Counted from the stretch's first letter, positions 30,661-41,840 are shown. The stretch is 64,000 nucleotides of DNA from a bacterium (GCA_965205865.1 CBDBHR010000030.1:224001-288000), one strand, 5' to 3'. Numbers and translations: made by a program. Notes: a model not told the origin generated them from the letters alone.

Positions 30661-33339
30661 TCAGGGTTCGAGGGATTCCAAAAGAATGTTTTGCGCAGGC
30701 TCGTAAGTGGGAGCGATTTCGAGAGCAACCAGGACAGTTTTTTTTGCCTCCGCTTTTTTACCTCCCTTTAAAAATACATTGGCAAGATCAGTGTGCGCTC
30801 TGGCGGGATCTGTCTTGTCGAGAATGACCAGAATTTGGTATTCACGAATGGCGGAAGGAAAATCTCCTTGCCCCAGCGAAATCTCAGCCAGCATTTTGTG
30901 AACGTCTTCATCGTAAGGATTGACGTCAAGCGCCCGTTCCAGGTAGTAGGTCGCCAAGTCATGATTCTTGTCTTGATATGCAGCCTGCGCCAACTCGTAT
31001 GAAGCTTGAAAAGCGAGCTGCTGGAAAGCCACCCATTTTTTCAACTCACGTAGCCGGGCTTCCTTGTTCCCTTGAATCTGATAAATAGCTGCCAGAATCT
31101 GGTGGGGACTTGGAACGCCACTGTATTCCGGGAGTAGCTTCTGCGCGAGGATCAAGTGTTCGATCGCCTCGTCGTAGGATTCGCTTTGATAAAGAAGAAT
31201 TCCCAATTGGAAATGGGCCAAAAAGTCGCGAGGCTGCGCTTTGATGCGGCTTCTCATGACTTCCATGATGGCTTCTCGGTCGGGACGCTCAGACTGTGAT
31301 GAGAAAGAGTTGCGTCGAATTCCGTGACCATGGCCTGTCAGTTGATCATTGGGATCGTCCCGATACACAAAAACATCGATCTCTTTTGCCCGTGCTTCCG
31401 CCCAACTGAAAAACAATTCTTCAAATGAATCGAGAGGTTGTTGGAAAACGGTTTGAAAAATAGTCTCCATCGGTTGATAGCCGCGGTATTGCTGAAGCAG
31501 GGAAAGCAGGGCTTCGAATCCATACGTTTCGACGATATATTCCACAACCAGAGATGACTGGTAATATGCAAAGTTCAAATCTTCGCTGGATTTTGCCTTG
31601 GAAAACCCCTCGTTGAGTTTCTTCAAACTGAAAAGCCGGTTTTCCTCGATAGCCCGTACCAGGTCCATTTCCTGTTCGCGTCCCCATTCGGGGCGACCCT
31701 GGTGTTCTTCATAGACGGATATGCCTTCCGAAAGCCAACGGGGCAGGCGATTGTCCGTCATTTGAAGAGTGATCACATGGACCAATTCATGCCAGAGGAT
31801 TTCCTTCCAATTTGCCAGGTTACCGGCTTTCAAAGTAATTGGGGAAGACATGGTGATCACGTTACCAAAACAAACCGCAAGTAAGGGTCCGATGTAGGGT
31901 AGCCCGATAGTGCGGACGGCAAAGTCCTCATTTTTATGAAAGATTTCAATGAGAACAGGCCCCTCGGGAGTGAATCGGTATTTATGCGTAAGCCTGTCCC
32001 AGGCTTCGTTCAGCAAAGGTTGCAGGTAAGGCCAAAGCAGGTCGGCTTCGCTGTGGTGCATACGGACGATGAAATTTTCGTTTTGGCGGGTTTCAAACTC
32101 GGCCAACAGGTCCAGTACATTGAGCATGTTTTCAGTGAGGACGTTGAAAGGATCTTTTTTAAAGCTGTATTCCAAGTGAATTCGTCCTTCTTCCTCTTGT
32201 CCGATCCGGAGGAGATTGGTTCCCAGGATCGTGTAAGCATTCCAATACTCGGGGTCGACTTGAATTGCGAGGCGCGCCAGTGCAACTGCTTCTTTGAATA
32301 GATACTTCCTCCCCAGAATTTCAGCGATATCCGCATAAAATGCTCCGTTGCCGGGACTGAAGCGTTCCACTTCCGTACGAATCCTCACGAAGTCTTTCTC
32401 ATTGTCTTTCAGGTAGACAATGGCAGCCTCCAGCAGATGGGCTTTCAAGGATTCGGGATTAATGAGCAGGATTTTATTGAGCAAACCAAGTGCTTCATTG
32501 TATTGGCCATCTTCAAGGGCTATCTCGGCCAGCACAAGTAAAGCCGGAATGGAATATTCATTGATGGCCAGGGCATCCGCCAGGGCTGCCTTGGCATTGC
32601 TGCCATGGAGCAATTTCGCCATGCCGACCAAGGCGGGGACATAGTACCTGTTTCGTTGCAGCACGAAGCCAAATGATTTTTGCGCTTCTTTTTTATTGTA
32701 TTTTTGCAGAAACAATTCTCCCCAAAGCGCTTGTACTTCATGGTTGTGCGGGTCCACCTGCGCGGCTTCCCGAAACAAACGGTTGGCGTCATGATAGCTT
32801 TCCAACTCCCAAGCCGCCACACCCACCATGGCAATCGCTTCTCCCTCGAAGACCAAGCTTTCATTGTATTGGTCGATTGCTTTTTCAAAGTAGTGGAATG
32901 CTTGTTGACGGCGCCCACGCAACTTGAGCAATTTACCGTACTGCACCTGACTGCGGATAGGAGGTTGGGGAGCACTGACTACTTTTTCAAGGATCTGCAG
33001 AGCTTCACCTGAACGTCCGGTCGATATCAGGACCTCTGCGAGTTCGGTGGCAATGGTCGCATGCGGTTCTGATGCTTCCAACGACTGCCGGGAAATCGCT
33101 TCAGCCTGCTCATACTGCCCCATCATGGCCAGGCTGCGACTTGCTCCCACAATGCCTGCAATTCGATCTTGATCTTTGGTCTTTCGATAGAATTCAAGTG
33201 CTTCCGCATAGGCCCCTCTTTGAAAATACCGGTTTGCTTGAATTAAAGGCGTCTCCTGGGCGCTAACTTGTTCCGGGAGTAAAAACGATGTTCCACAGAC
33301 GAACAAAAAGAGGAGTAACCTTGAGCGAAGACAGACCAT
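30661..33339 (-). CDS. TPR-repeat protein with central zinc-peptidase (HExxH) domain
   Basis: Many TPR-like repeats; LWHELVHV...PRWLSEG motif; signal peptide from ATG 33339. Confidence 0.85.
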   Translation of the reverse strand: MVCLRSRLLLFLFVCGTSFLLPEQVSAQETPLIQANRYFQRGAYAEALEFYRKTKDQDRIAGIVGASRSLAMMGQYEQAEAISRQSLEASEPHATIATELAEVLISTGRSGEALQILEKVVSAPQPPIRSQVQYGKLLKLRGRRQQAFHYFEKAIDQYNESLVFEGEAIAMVGVAAWELESYHDANRLFREAAQVDPHNHEVQALWGELFLQKYNKKEAQKSFGFVLQRNRYYVPALVGMAKLLHGSNAKAALADALAINEYSIPALLVLAEIALEDGQYNEALGLLNKILLINPESLKAHLLEAAIVYLKDNEKDFVRIRTEVERFSPGNGAFYADIAEILGRKYLFKEAVALARLAIQVDPEYWNAYTILGTNLLRIGQEEEGRIHLEYSFKKDPFNVLTENMLNVLDLLAEFETRQNENFIVRMHHSEADLLWPYLQPLLNEAWDRLTHKYRFTPEGPVLIEIFHKNEDFAVRTIGLPYIGPLLAVCFGNVITMSSPITLKAGNLANWKEILWHELVHVITLQMTDNRLPRWLSEGISVYEEHQGRPEWGREQEMDLVRAIEENRLFSLKKLNEGFSKAKSSEDLNFAYYQSSLVVEYIVETYGFEALLSLLQQYRGYQPMETIFQTVFQQPLDSFEELFFSWAEARAKEIDVFVYRDDPNDQLTGHGHGIRRNSFSSQSERPDREAIMEVMRSRIKAQPRDFLAHFQLGILLYQSESYDEAIEHLILAQKLLPEYSGVPSPHQILAAIYQIQGNKEARLRELKKWVAFQQLAFQASYELAQAAYQDKNHDLATYYLERALDVNPYDEDVHKMLAEISLGQGDFPSAIREYQILVILDKTDPARAHTDLANVFLKGGKKAEAKKTVLVALEIAPTYEPAQNILLESLEP

Positions 33340-33405
33340 AATGCGCCTTTCCCAAATGGATTTATGAGTTCCGATTCTATCAGTTCTCCCCTCCCCAACA
33401 TTTCT

Positions 33406-33590
33406 CCCCTCCCCTTGAGGGAGGGGCCGGGGGAGGGGGTTTTTAGAGCCCCAACAATGCAATCCTCAGTTCCCCCCTCTCCTTGAGGGAGGGGCCGGGG
33501 GAGGGGTTTTTCAGCCCAACAATGCAATCCTCAGTTCCCCCCTCTCCTTGAGGGAGGGGCCGGGGGAGGGGGTTTTTATCCCCAACAATG
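33406..33590. repeat. Three tandem ~66 bp units with CCCCT..CCTTGAGGGAGGGGCCGGGGGAGGGG hairpin
   Basis: Read directly from the sequence. Confidence 0.9.
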
Positions 33591-33914
33591 AACCCCTCCA
33601 TCATTACTTTAGCAGGAATGCAATGTGAGTTGGATAGCCAGCCAGACGTTTTTACGAGAGAATCGTCTGTGTTTGCATGCTTCAATGGTAACACTAGTGG
33701 TCAATGCAGTCCAGTATGTCTGTACCCCGTATCAGGCAATCAAGGGGTACGGTCACCCAAATTTTGTTCGCAGTCCTATTGTAATGCGTGACATCGAAGG
33801 ATAAGATGCAATCCTCAGGCGCTGAATCCGGAACAACAGTTGAACGGCATGGTCTCGTCTAAAGAGGTCACCGGTAAACTTGTTCACGACAAAACAATTT
33901 CCAGGAGAATTAAA

Positions 33915-34529
33915 ATGAAACCGATTAGAAGACTATCCTATCAGCGTCCCATTTTTTTTTGGGAAAAAAAGGACGCCCTTTCTATTGGATCTCTTTACCT
34001 CAATTCATTACAGGTCGCTTTGATATCGGCGTTGGTCCTTGGTTGGACAGGAATGCTATCTGGTAACTTTGCCACTGCGGAGGATCGACATTCATCAAAA
34101 AGAAATGAAAAAATCGAGGTCGAGGATGCCTGGGTTAGATCCGTGCCTTCTTCCTCTCGACACACTGCTGCCTACATGGTCTTGCAGAATCATGGCAGTA
34201 TGGACGATCGTCTGCTCTCGGCACATAGTGATATTGTCCAGGTAGTCGAGCTGCACGAAGTGGTCATGATTGGAAAACTGATGTCCATGCGACCTGTTGA
34301 ATATTTTCCTATCCCCGCCCTTGGATCAACCGAACTCAAACCTGGAGGTTACCACCTCATGTTGATCAATTTAAAAAGGGTTCTCAAAGCAGGTGAGCAT
34401 GTCTCACTCACATTAAAGTTCCAGCATGCCGGAGACCTCACCCTGTTGGTCAAGGTTCAATCAGAAAAAATGGAACAAAGTCATTCCGAAAAAGGTCACG
34501 ATTCTTCACAAAAAGAACACAAACGCTGA
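33915..34529 (+). CDS. Periplasmic copper chaperone PCu(A)C
   Basis: DAWVR...AAYM, ELHE......MSM and LKPGGYHLML motifs; AGGAG RBS. Confidence 0.9.
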   Translation: MKPIRRLSYQRPIFFWEKKDALSIGSLYLNSLQVALISALVLGWTGMLSGNFATAEDRHSSKRNEKIEVEDAWVRSVPSSSRHTAAYMVLQNHGSMDDRLLSAHSDIVQVVELHEVVMIGKLMSMRPVEYFPIPALGSTELKPGGYHLMLINLKRVLKAGEHVSLTLKFQHAGDLTLLVKVQSEKMEQSHSEKGHDSSQKEHKR

Positions 34530-34928
34530 TTATACCGGATTGGTCTTGTTTGCCGGATATATGTATATGCTGCCATTGTGACGACTTTTCAAACGAGTCT
34601 GGCTTCGATCATTTCACCAACCTTTGATTCCGAATAATTTTCTCTGGCTTCTCCGGATCAACCACGTTATGGTGGCTCATCGGCGTATCCTTTCTTTGAT
34701 GTTATTTTTATTTCGAACTGATTCCATCAACAGAATACGCCACCTTTCTCACCGAAGTCCGCATCGAACAGGCAATCCCGGCCTGGGATGTACTCAGCGA
34801 TCATGCTACAGGCTATCATTTTCAACACACTGCCTGGCGGTGTGGTGAGTATCTGTCAGCCAAAATCAAGAGACGAGTATCATGAGCATCAATCTTCTTT
34901 CTGAATATATCGTCGAGGCGAGGCGTTC

Positions 34929-37775
34929 ATGACACCGGACGAATTCATCAGCAAGTGGCAGGCGTCTTCATTGAAGGAACGCTCTGCTGCGCAGGAACAC
35001 TTCATTGACCTGTGTCGGCTGTTCGGGGAACCAACGCCGGCGGAAGACGATCCGAGCGGTGAGCACTACTGTTTCGAGCGTGGCGCCCGCAAGGATTCCG
35101 GCGGGGACGGTTGGGCCGACGTGTGGAAACGCCACCACTTCGCCTGGGAGTACAAGGGCAAGCACGCGAATCTCGACTTGGCTTTCAATCAGTTGCGACA
35201 ATACGCGCTCGCCTTGGAAAACCCGCCGCTGTTGATCGTTTCCGACATGGCGCGATTCCGCATTCGCACCAACTGGACCAACAGCGTGAGCAAGACGCAC
35301 GAGTTCACCCTGCACGATCTCAGGGACGCGGCCAACCGGGACAAGCTAAAATGGGCCATGTCCGATCCCGAGCGGTTAAAGCCCGGCGAAAGCAGACAAG
35401 CGCTCACCGAGCGCGCGGCGAAGGAATTTGCCTCACTGGCTCAGGCCTTGCGGGAACGCTGCCACAATAGCCATGAGGTCGCGCATTTCGTCAACCGTCT
35501 GGTGTTCTGTATGTTTGCCGAAGATGCGGGTCTGTTGCCAAACGACATGTTCACGCGGATGCTGAAACAAGCGCGACGTAAGCCCGGTGAATTCTCCGCA
35601 TTGGCTGCTGATTTGTTCCGGGCAATGGCAACGGGGGGCCGGGTCGGATTCGAGGAAGTGGCCAGGTTCAATGGAGGATTGTTCGATGACGATGCCGTCC
35701 TGCCACTGGAAAAACCCGAGATCGAAACGGTATTGACGGCAGCGACCCTTGACTGGTCGGAAATTGACCCTTCGATCCTGGGTACCTTGTTCGAACGCGG
35801 ACTCGATCCGGACAAACGTTCTCAACTCGGTGCGCACTACACCGACCGTGACAAGATCATGCTGATCATAGATCCGGTGGTGACTCGTCCCTGGCTCGCC
35901 GAATGGGAGAAGGAAAAAAAAGACATTGCCGCCTGTCTGAAGCCTGGGGAGACCACCCGGTCCAAAGCGGTAAAGAACCTACAGCGTGAGAAAGCGGAAA
36001 AATTGCTCCGTGAATTTCTCGAGCGATTGAGGGAATTCACCGTGCTCGATCCCGCCTGCGGTTCGGGAAATTTCCTTTATCTGGCATTACAAACACTTTT
36101 AGATCTGGAGCACCGGGTGCAACTGGAGGCCGAAGCCCTGGGTCTCCATCGGACTTTTCCTTCGGTGGGGCCGGCCAATGTGAAGGGAATCGAAATCAAT
36201 CCTTACGCCGCCGAACTGGCGCGCGTGTCGGTGTGGATCGGTGAAATCCAGTGGATGCGGCGCAACGGTTTCGACGGATCGAGTGATCCGGTCCTTAAAT
36301 CCCTGGAGACCATTGAATGCCGCGATGCCATCCTGACGTCGGATGGTAAAGAGCCGGAATGGCCGGCGGCCGACGTGGTGATCGGCAATCCACCATTTCT
36401 TGGAGGAAAGTTTTTGCGAAACCGTTTGGGTGACGATTACGTGGAGTCCTTGCAACACCTTTACGCTTCCCACATCCACGGTGAGGCCGATCTGGTCTGT
36501 TACTGGTTCGACAAAGCGGCACGCCTGGTCGCCCAAGGCAGGATCGCCCGTGCCGGTCTGGTTGCGACAAATTCAATCCGGGGCGGGCGAAACCGTCCGG
36601 TACTGGACCGGATTGTTGAGCATGGGGTTGTCTTTGATGCCTGGTCGGACGAGCCCTGGGTGGTCGAGGGTGCTGCGGTTCGAGTTTCCCTTGTCTGCTT
36701 TGCCGGCCACGGGACTGAGTTGCCTGTCACGCTGAATGGCACACCAACAGCAGGTATTCAGGCCGATTTGACAGCCGGCGATCTGAACCTTGCAAAGGCT
36801 GTCCGCCTGCCATGCAACACGAGCATCGCATTCATGGGCGATACGAAGAACGGTTCCTTCGACATTTCAGGTGATCTGTCCCGCAAATGGCTTCGCCTAC
36901 CTGCGAATCCGAATGGCCGACCAAATGCTGATGTTCTTAAACCCTGGATCAACGGTATGGACTTGACGAGGCGTCCCACAGGAAAATGGATTATTGATTT
37001 CGGTTCTTCAATGAACGAATCCGATGCTGCACTCTACGAAGCTCCATTCTTACATGCCACCGAACATGTCAAGCCGGCAAGGCAACGGAACCGCTCAAGA
37101 AAGGTCAGAGAATTTTGGTGGCGCCATGAAGCGCCACGTCCTGGAATGTGGAAGGCGCTCGCCGGTTTATCTCGCTATATCGCCACGCCCACCGTCTCCA
37201 AACATCGCCTGTTCGTTTGGTGTGACGTTCGCATCTGTCCCGATCATCAATTGATCGTCTTCGCGCGTGACGACGATATGACCTTCGGTATCCTGCACAG
37301 TCGGTTTCATGAGGCCTGGTCATTGCGGCTCGGCACGTGGCTCGGGAAGGGCAACGATCCACGCTACACGCCGACCACCACCTTCGAGACATTTCCCTTC
37401 CCGGATGGACTCTCTCCCGACGTTCCCGCCGCCAGGTATGCAGACGAGCCTCGCGCCGCCAACATCGGGGCAGCTGCGCGACGCTTGGTCAAATTGCGTG
37501 ACCGCTGGATCAACCCGCCGGAATGGGTGGAGTGGATCGACGAACCGGTTCCCGGCTATCCAAAGCGACCGGTTGACCGCAATGAGACGGTGGCAAAGGA
37601 ACTCAAAGTCCGTACGCTCACAAACCTCTATAACGCGCGTCCTCAATGGCTGACCGATGCGCATGACGCGCTCGATGCCGCCGTCGCCACCGCTTACGGT
37701 TGGTCTGCCGACATCACCGAGGACGATGCGCTGCGCGAACTGCTGGAACTGAATTTAACGGATAAGAAGCGATAA
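34929..37775 (+). CDS. MmeI/YeeA-like fused restriction endonuclease and N6-adenine methyltransferase (type IIG/IIL)
   Basis: N-terminal AD...FAWEYK nuclease motif, LDPACGSGNFL, IGNPPF, C-terminal TRD; GC-richer than the flanks. Confidence 0.88.
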   Translation: MTPDEFISKWQASSLKERSAAQEHFIDLCRLFGEPTPAEDDPSGEHYCFERGARKDSGGDGWADVWKRHHFAWEYKGKHANLDLAFNQLRQYALALENPPLLIVSDMARFRIRTNWTNSVSKTHEFTLHDLRDAANRDKLKWAMSDPERLKPGESRQALTERAAKEFASLAQALRERCHNSHEVAHFVNRLVFCMFAEDAGLLPNDMFTRMLKQARRKPGEFSALAADLFRAMATGGRVGFEEVARFNGGLFDDDAVLPLEKPEIETVLTAATLDWSEIDPSILGTLFERGLDPDKRSQLGAHYTDRDKIMLIIDPVVTRPWLAEWEKEKKDIAACLKPGETTRSKAVKNLQREKAEKLLREFLERLREFTVLDPACGSGNFLYLALQTLLDLEHRVQLEAEALGLHRTFPSVGPANVKGIEINPYAAELARVSVWIGEIQWMRRNGFDGSSDPVLKSLETIECRDAILTSDGKEPEWPAADVVIGNPPFLGGKFLRNRLGDDYVESLQHLYASHIHGEADLVCYWFDKAARLVAQGRIARAGLVATNSIRGGRNRPVLDRIVEHGVVFDAWSDEPWVVEGAAVRVSLVCFAGHGTELPVTLNGTPTAGIQADLTAGDLNLAKAVRLPCNTSIAFMGDTKNGSFDISGDLSRKWLRLPANPNGRPNADVLKPWINGMDLTRRPTGKWIIDFGSSMNESDAALYEAPFLHATEHVKPARQRNRSRKVREFWWRHEAPRPGMWKALAGLSRYIATPTVSKHRLFVWCDVRICPDHQLIVFARDDDMTFGILHSRFHEAWSLRLGTWLGKGNDPRYTPTTTFETFPFPDGLSPDVPAARYADEPRAANIGAAARRLVKLRDRWINPPEWVEWIDEPVPGYPKRPVDRNETVAKELKVRTLTNLYNARPQWLTDAHDALDAAVATAYGWSADITEDDALRELLELNLTDKKR

Positions 37776-38018
37776 GAACCTGTCGCTGGAGTTTGTGGAA
37801 AAGATATTGGAACTGAACCTCGACATCGCAAAAGAAGCCAAGAGGCATTGGATCCTCTTGAGAAAACGTTGGATTGTAAAGCTCGCATTCACCTGGTTCG
37901 AAGGATGCAGATGATTAACCATAGATTTTGAAATCTTCACAAACTCTGCTGAAAATATATTTCGTATTGCCATGATCAAAGTTACCTTAGCCAAATGTCT
38001 TATTTAACATACGGGTTC
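37776..38018 (+). mobile_element. Miniature IS5-family element with TAA target duplication
   Basis: Ends GAACCTGT/ACGGGTTC flanked by TAA on both sides. Interior reads KRWIVKLAFTWF...DFEIFTNSAENIFRIAMIK, a decayed IS5 transposase C-terminus. Confidence 0.75.
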
Positions 38019-38021
38019 TAA

Positions 38022-38367
38022 GTGATCAGAAAGTGGCTATCGAAGTGCCACGTGTGCGTGATAAAGCAAATAATCAAGAAGTGCCTTTAGTCGGGTATCA
38101 TCAATTGCAGTGCCCACGGGTGATCAACGATTTGCCATTATCGAGGGTTCTCAAAGGGATCAGCACGCGAAAATATGAGAAAGCAGCAAAAGGATTCCAG
38201 AGACTTTTGGGATTTCTAAAAGTAGTGTGTCTCGGATTCAGAAGAGTGAAGGGCTATAAACATTTCGCTCAGCTCAGAAAGGCTATGGCCAATTTGAATC
38301 AAATGAAGAAAAAGAAAAAAGCAGTGTGAGTGTCATCAAAAATTTCAATAAAAATTGGGATTGATAC
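38022..38367 (+). mobile_element. IS256-family remnant (internally deleted)
   Basis: IEVPRVRD...GISTRKY fused to GFRRVKGYK C-terminus; ends in AAATTTCAATAAAAATTGGGATTGA. Confidence 0.7.
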
Positions 38368-38406
38368 GCTACTCTACCCATTTCGATTATTGAATTTGTT
38401 GTGATG

Positions 38407-39903
38407 TTACATATCAGAATAGTTGCTTTTAAACTTTTCATAATTATTAAAATTTTGAATTGATTGAGGAGCTCCTTGAATTATTTTTTGTTCTATAAGA
38501 TTTGAAAGTTTAATTTTTTGTTTAAAATGTTTTATAAATCTGAACTCTATAACTAATACTCTTTGGTTTGTCATTTTTTTAATTTCCTCAAAAGAATATA
38601 CAGACCTCTTCCCTATAAGAGAAACAACTTCCAGTAATTCATTTGAACGAAATACTGATTCAATTATACCTATTGAAGTAATAGCTTGAACTGGAGTAGA
38701 TACATAAAAAAATACTAAATCATTACATTTTAATTGTTTTATTGGAGCATGACAAAGATAAACTTTTTTTATTGTGTTTCCAGGAATTTCATCCTCTTCT
38801 ATAGGTTCTATAGGAAGAGACATTTGCAAATTTTTTTCAGGAAAAAGAATGTGGTAATACCTCTCTTGTATTGGGATAATATATTTTTTAATATGACTCG
38901 AATCATCATAAAATGGAAAATATTTAATATGGTAGTCTAAACCTTTTATTTGAGGGGCACCCGGTTTAGTAAAATATTTTTGAAAAACTAATTCTGTTTC
39001 TTTTGTCCCTTTATCTTTTAAATCTGTTTCTGCAATCTCATCGAATCCAAAATCTTTTATTAAATCAATTAATATTTTGTGTTTCGGAAAAACTGTCATC
39101 CAACAAGACTTAAATTGATTTGTCACAGAATAGAAAAAAGCCTGTTTTAACATCAATTCACCCAATTTTTTCCCTCTATGAGATTCAGCCACTTTAAATG
39201 TAGCAAGTTTTAATGATTTTTGTGGGAGATTATAATTGATATAATCATCTTCTTTAGCTTCCTTGTAAATACATATAGATTCCAATTCATTTGATGAATT
39301 TTTAATTGTCCAAGCCTTTACTTGTTCTTCAGAACATTTTTCAAACCACTTTTGAAAATCTATGTAATCTTCTCTTAAGTTATCAAAGATTTTATCATCA
39401 CTATTTATACTATAAAGAAATTCTGTTTCAATTTTAGGAAGAGAAATTTCAATTTGTTTTGGAAATAGTCTTTCCAGAGTATTATTTGCTTGATTGATAG
39501 TAAGAACTTTATTTCTAATCGAAGCATTTTTAGCTCTTTGATGAATACCAATATCTTCCGTTATCAAAAAAGAAACAGTGTGTCTTTGTAAAGCGTATAG
39601 TAATTGACAATCAATTTTATCATTAGTGGACTTTATTAATCCAAATAAATTCTTTAAAGAATGTTCTTCAGCAATTGGAGGTCTTTCAAGAATTCTATAT
39701 TTCTTGATTTTACTTAAAACTTTTTCTTTTCTTTGTGGATTATTATCATTTTGTAAATCTTCTATTGTTAAAGGATGTATGCAAATAACAGCAAAATTTT
39801 CATTGCATAAGCTATGAAATTTTGTAAATGCATCTTTCAAAATTTCATTATCTTCCAATTGTATAAAAATATTGGTATCTATGAGAAAGAAAATTTTATC
39901 CAT
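38407..39903 (-). CDS. PIN-GNAT fusion with C-terminal PUA-like (EVE/ASCH) domain
   Basis: IDTNIFI PIN start; LKLATFKV..HRGKKLGELML GNAT motif; GNTIKKVYLC...APQSI C-terminus; very AT-rich. Confidence 0.75.
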   Translation of the reverse strand: MDKIFFLIDTNIFIQLEDNEILKDAFTKFHSLCNENFAVICIHPLTIEDLQNDNNPQRKEKVLSKIKKYRILERPPIAEEHSLKNLFGLIKSTNDKIDCQLLYALQRHTVSFLITEDIGIHQRAKNASIRNKVLTINQANNTLERLFPKQIEISLPKIETEFLYSINSDDKIFDNLREDYIDFQKWFEKCSEEQVKAWTIKNSSNELESICIYKEAKEDDYINYNLPQKSLKLATFKVAESHRGKKLGELMLKQAFFYSVTNQFKSCWMTVFPKHKILIDLIKDFGFDEIAETDLKDKGTKETELVFQKYFTKPGAPQIKGLDYHIKYFPFYDDSSHIKKYIIPIQERYYHILFPEKNLQMSLPIEPIEEDEIPGNTIKKVYLCHAPIKQLKCNDLVFFYVSTPVQAITSIGIIESVFRSNELLEVVSLIGKRSVYSFEEIKKMTNQRVLVIEFRFIKHFKQKIKLSNLIEQKIIQGAPQSIQNFNNYEKFKSNYSDM

Positions 39904-39971
39904 TAGAATTTGAAAGAATACACTAGAAAAATTCTAATTTTATAGCTATTATTTTTTTCTTTGTTGGACAA

Positions 39972-40376
39972 TTAAGCAACCAATTTATTAGAAATATATC
40001 TATAAGATTGTGGGGGATAACTAATTTCTCCAAGAATCTTTTTTAACTCAATTGGTTTTTTATATTTTACTGGATTTTCAAGATAAAGGGCAAAACCAAA
40101 ATCACGATTTTTAAAATATTTTTGAAATGAAATAAGATCTATCATGGTACAATGTTTTGAAATATCCCAAAGCATTTTTAAGGGCATTTTTTTTACTTCC
40201 TCCAGATCACATTCACCAATAACTTTTGAAATTGGAGAGCAAGCATAAATAAAAATCTTTCTTCTATCATCTTTTTTAAACAGAGGAAATTTCCTTCTAA
40301 GCTCAATAGTCTTCCACCCTTTTAATATGCCTGTAGCATACTCAGAATGAATACTAATCAATAAGTCTCTTTTCAT
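39972..40376 (-). CDS. ASCH-domain protein
   Basis: LISIH..YA..IL.G.KTIELRR...YACSP...PPQSYRY motifs. Confidence 0.85.
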   Translation of the reverse strand: MKRDLLISIHSEYATGILKGWKTIELRRKFPLFKKDDRRKIFIYACSPISKVIGECDLEEVKKMPLKMLWDISKHCTMIDLISFQKYFKNRDFGFALYLENPVKYKKPIELKKILGEISYPPQSYRYISNKLVA

Positions 40377-40424
40377 AATACACCTCCATGTGTTTCGATA
40401 TTACTACACCCTAACCCGGTAAAT

Positions 40425-40789
40425 GGGTCAGGCTTGCAAGTTTGCGAATTTAAGAAAACATTTTTAGGTTAAGTTCTTTTAACCGCTCTTGGAGATTTGT
40501 GGATTCTTTCAATCTTTCTCTCAATTTATGCACTCTACGACTGAAAGTAGAATCATCTCGATTGAGAGCATTTGCCACTTCCCGGATTGTTGCAGATTCC
40601 AATTGAAGACTTATAAAAGCGACGAGAGTCGCTGTCATCGAAATAAGTACGTTGCCCCCCATTACCTCGAAGTATCACATGATAAAGCGTACCAGGGTCG
40701 TACAAACGCGTTTTCCGAGACATCTTGGCAAATTGAAAAAGGTTAAAATTTAAAAAATACTCATTTTTGCAAACTTGCAAGTCTGACCC
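40425..40789 (-). mobile_element. RAYT-derived mini-element, copy 1
   Basis: Inverted ends GGGTCAGGCTTGCAAGTTTGC / GCAAACTTGCAAGTCTGACCC. Minus strand encodes MSRKTRLYDPGTLYHVILRGN (Y1/RAYT N-terminus) joined to IREVANALNRDDSTFSRRV (HTH C-terminus). Confidence 0.88.
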
Positions 40790-41147
40790 CTTTTCCACGA
40801 TGAAGCATATTTTATTAGAAGCAATTGGACTCTTAACCCAAGTACCGCTTTTTTTTAAATCGGCATTTTTTAAACAAAGACAGAAGAAAAGTGAAAAAAA
40901 TTGAATAGGCCGTCTATCCCCCAAGAAACCTATCAAAAAATAGGAAAATTCCTCATGAATTTCTATTTACAAATCAATTTTCAGATGCTACTGTCTTGAA
41001 AATTTTTGATTTTCCTAAATGATATCGTGGCAGAAAAACTAATCTGATCGGTAAAAAAGGCCCGGAAAGAGACAAACTGGGTGGGGAGGTAGTCGCAATA
41101 CCAAAGACGGGTGGATTGTTGAAGACCGAAAAAACAATAAAAATCCT

Positions 41148-41840
41148 ATGGATATTTCATTGCAGGAAATCGAAGAAATAGAAATGCTTACATTGCGATG
41201 GGTATTTCAATCAGTGCTTGATTTTGGCATGGAAGCTCATGAGATTTTTCATAAATCACCGGATAGTGTGAAAGACATTGCAGAAGATGTAACAAGGGAA
41301 TTACTTGACAGACTTTCAGGATTTAACGTTCAACAAAGAATTTATGGCACTGTAGATTATAAGAAGGCCAGATACGTTATCTTACCTGAGCAAACAGTCA
41401 GACAAGCGTTATTCATTGACTCAAAAGCAGAAAAAGAAAACCGTTCTGCCACAATCCAGATGTCTCAAACCTCCATGCGCATAAAACAGCGGAGGGCAGG
41501 AACTGAAATAAATGAAAAGGGAACCCTGCCGGAAATTTCTAAATATGGCGGAACAAATTTTTTAACGACTACATGTCTTGTACATTTTAAGTATGAAGAT
41601 GATGCCACTGGTGCGCATCATTTACGCAAAGTTACTATAGTTGCTATTCCCAATGGCCGATTACAGAACAGGTACAATCCAAGTGTTGATGATGGAATAT
41701 GGTTGGCAGGAAGGAATGCTCCTACACTACGGGAAGATTTCAGGGTAAGAGTCAGTTTCAGTAAATTAAAATCCAAGGCAGCATGGCGTGTGCAAGTGTT
41801 GACTTATAACGAAGAGTGCATAGGATCATGGCAATCATAG
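41148..41840 (+). CDS. Type II restriction endonuclease, SfiI/BglI-like
   Basis: VDYKKARY...ALFIDSKAEK...ATIQMSQ resembles the SfiI/BglI family (from memory); overlaps an N4-C methyltransferase gene. Confidence 0.7.
   Translation: MDISLQEIEEIEMLTLRWVFQSVLDFGMEAHEIFHKSPDSVKDIAEDVTRELLDRLSGFNVQQRIYGTVDYKKARYVILPEQTVRQALFIDSKAEKENRSATIQMSQTSMRIKQRRAGTEINEKGTLPEISKYGGTNFLTTTCLVHFKYEDDATGAHHLRKVTIVAIPNGRLQNRYNPSVDDGIWLAGRNAPTLREDFRVRVSFSKLKSKAAWRVQVLTYNEECIGSWQS

Noticed and set aside
17897-33339. MoxR/DUF58/BatA/DUF4159/TPR cluster as a novel system
   Set aside because: It is a widespread, already described type of MoxR-VWA gene cluster, although poorly characterised.
33406-33590. Possible CRISPR array
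   Set aside because: The sequences between the hairpins are nearly identical, there are only three units, and no cas genes are present; it is a REP-like tandem repeat.
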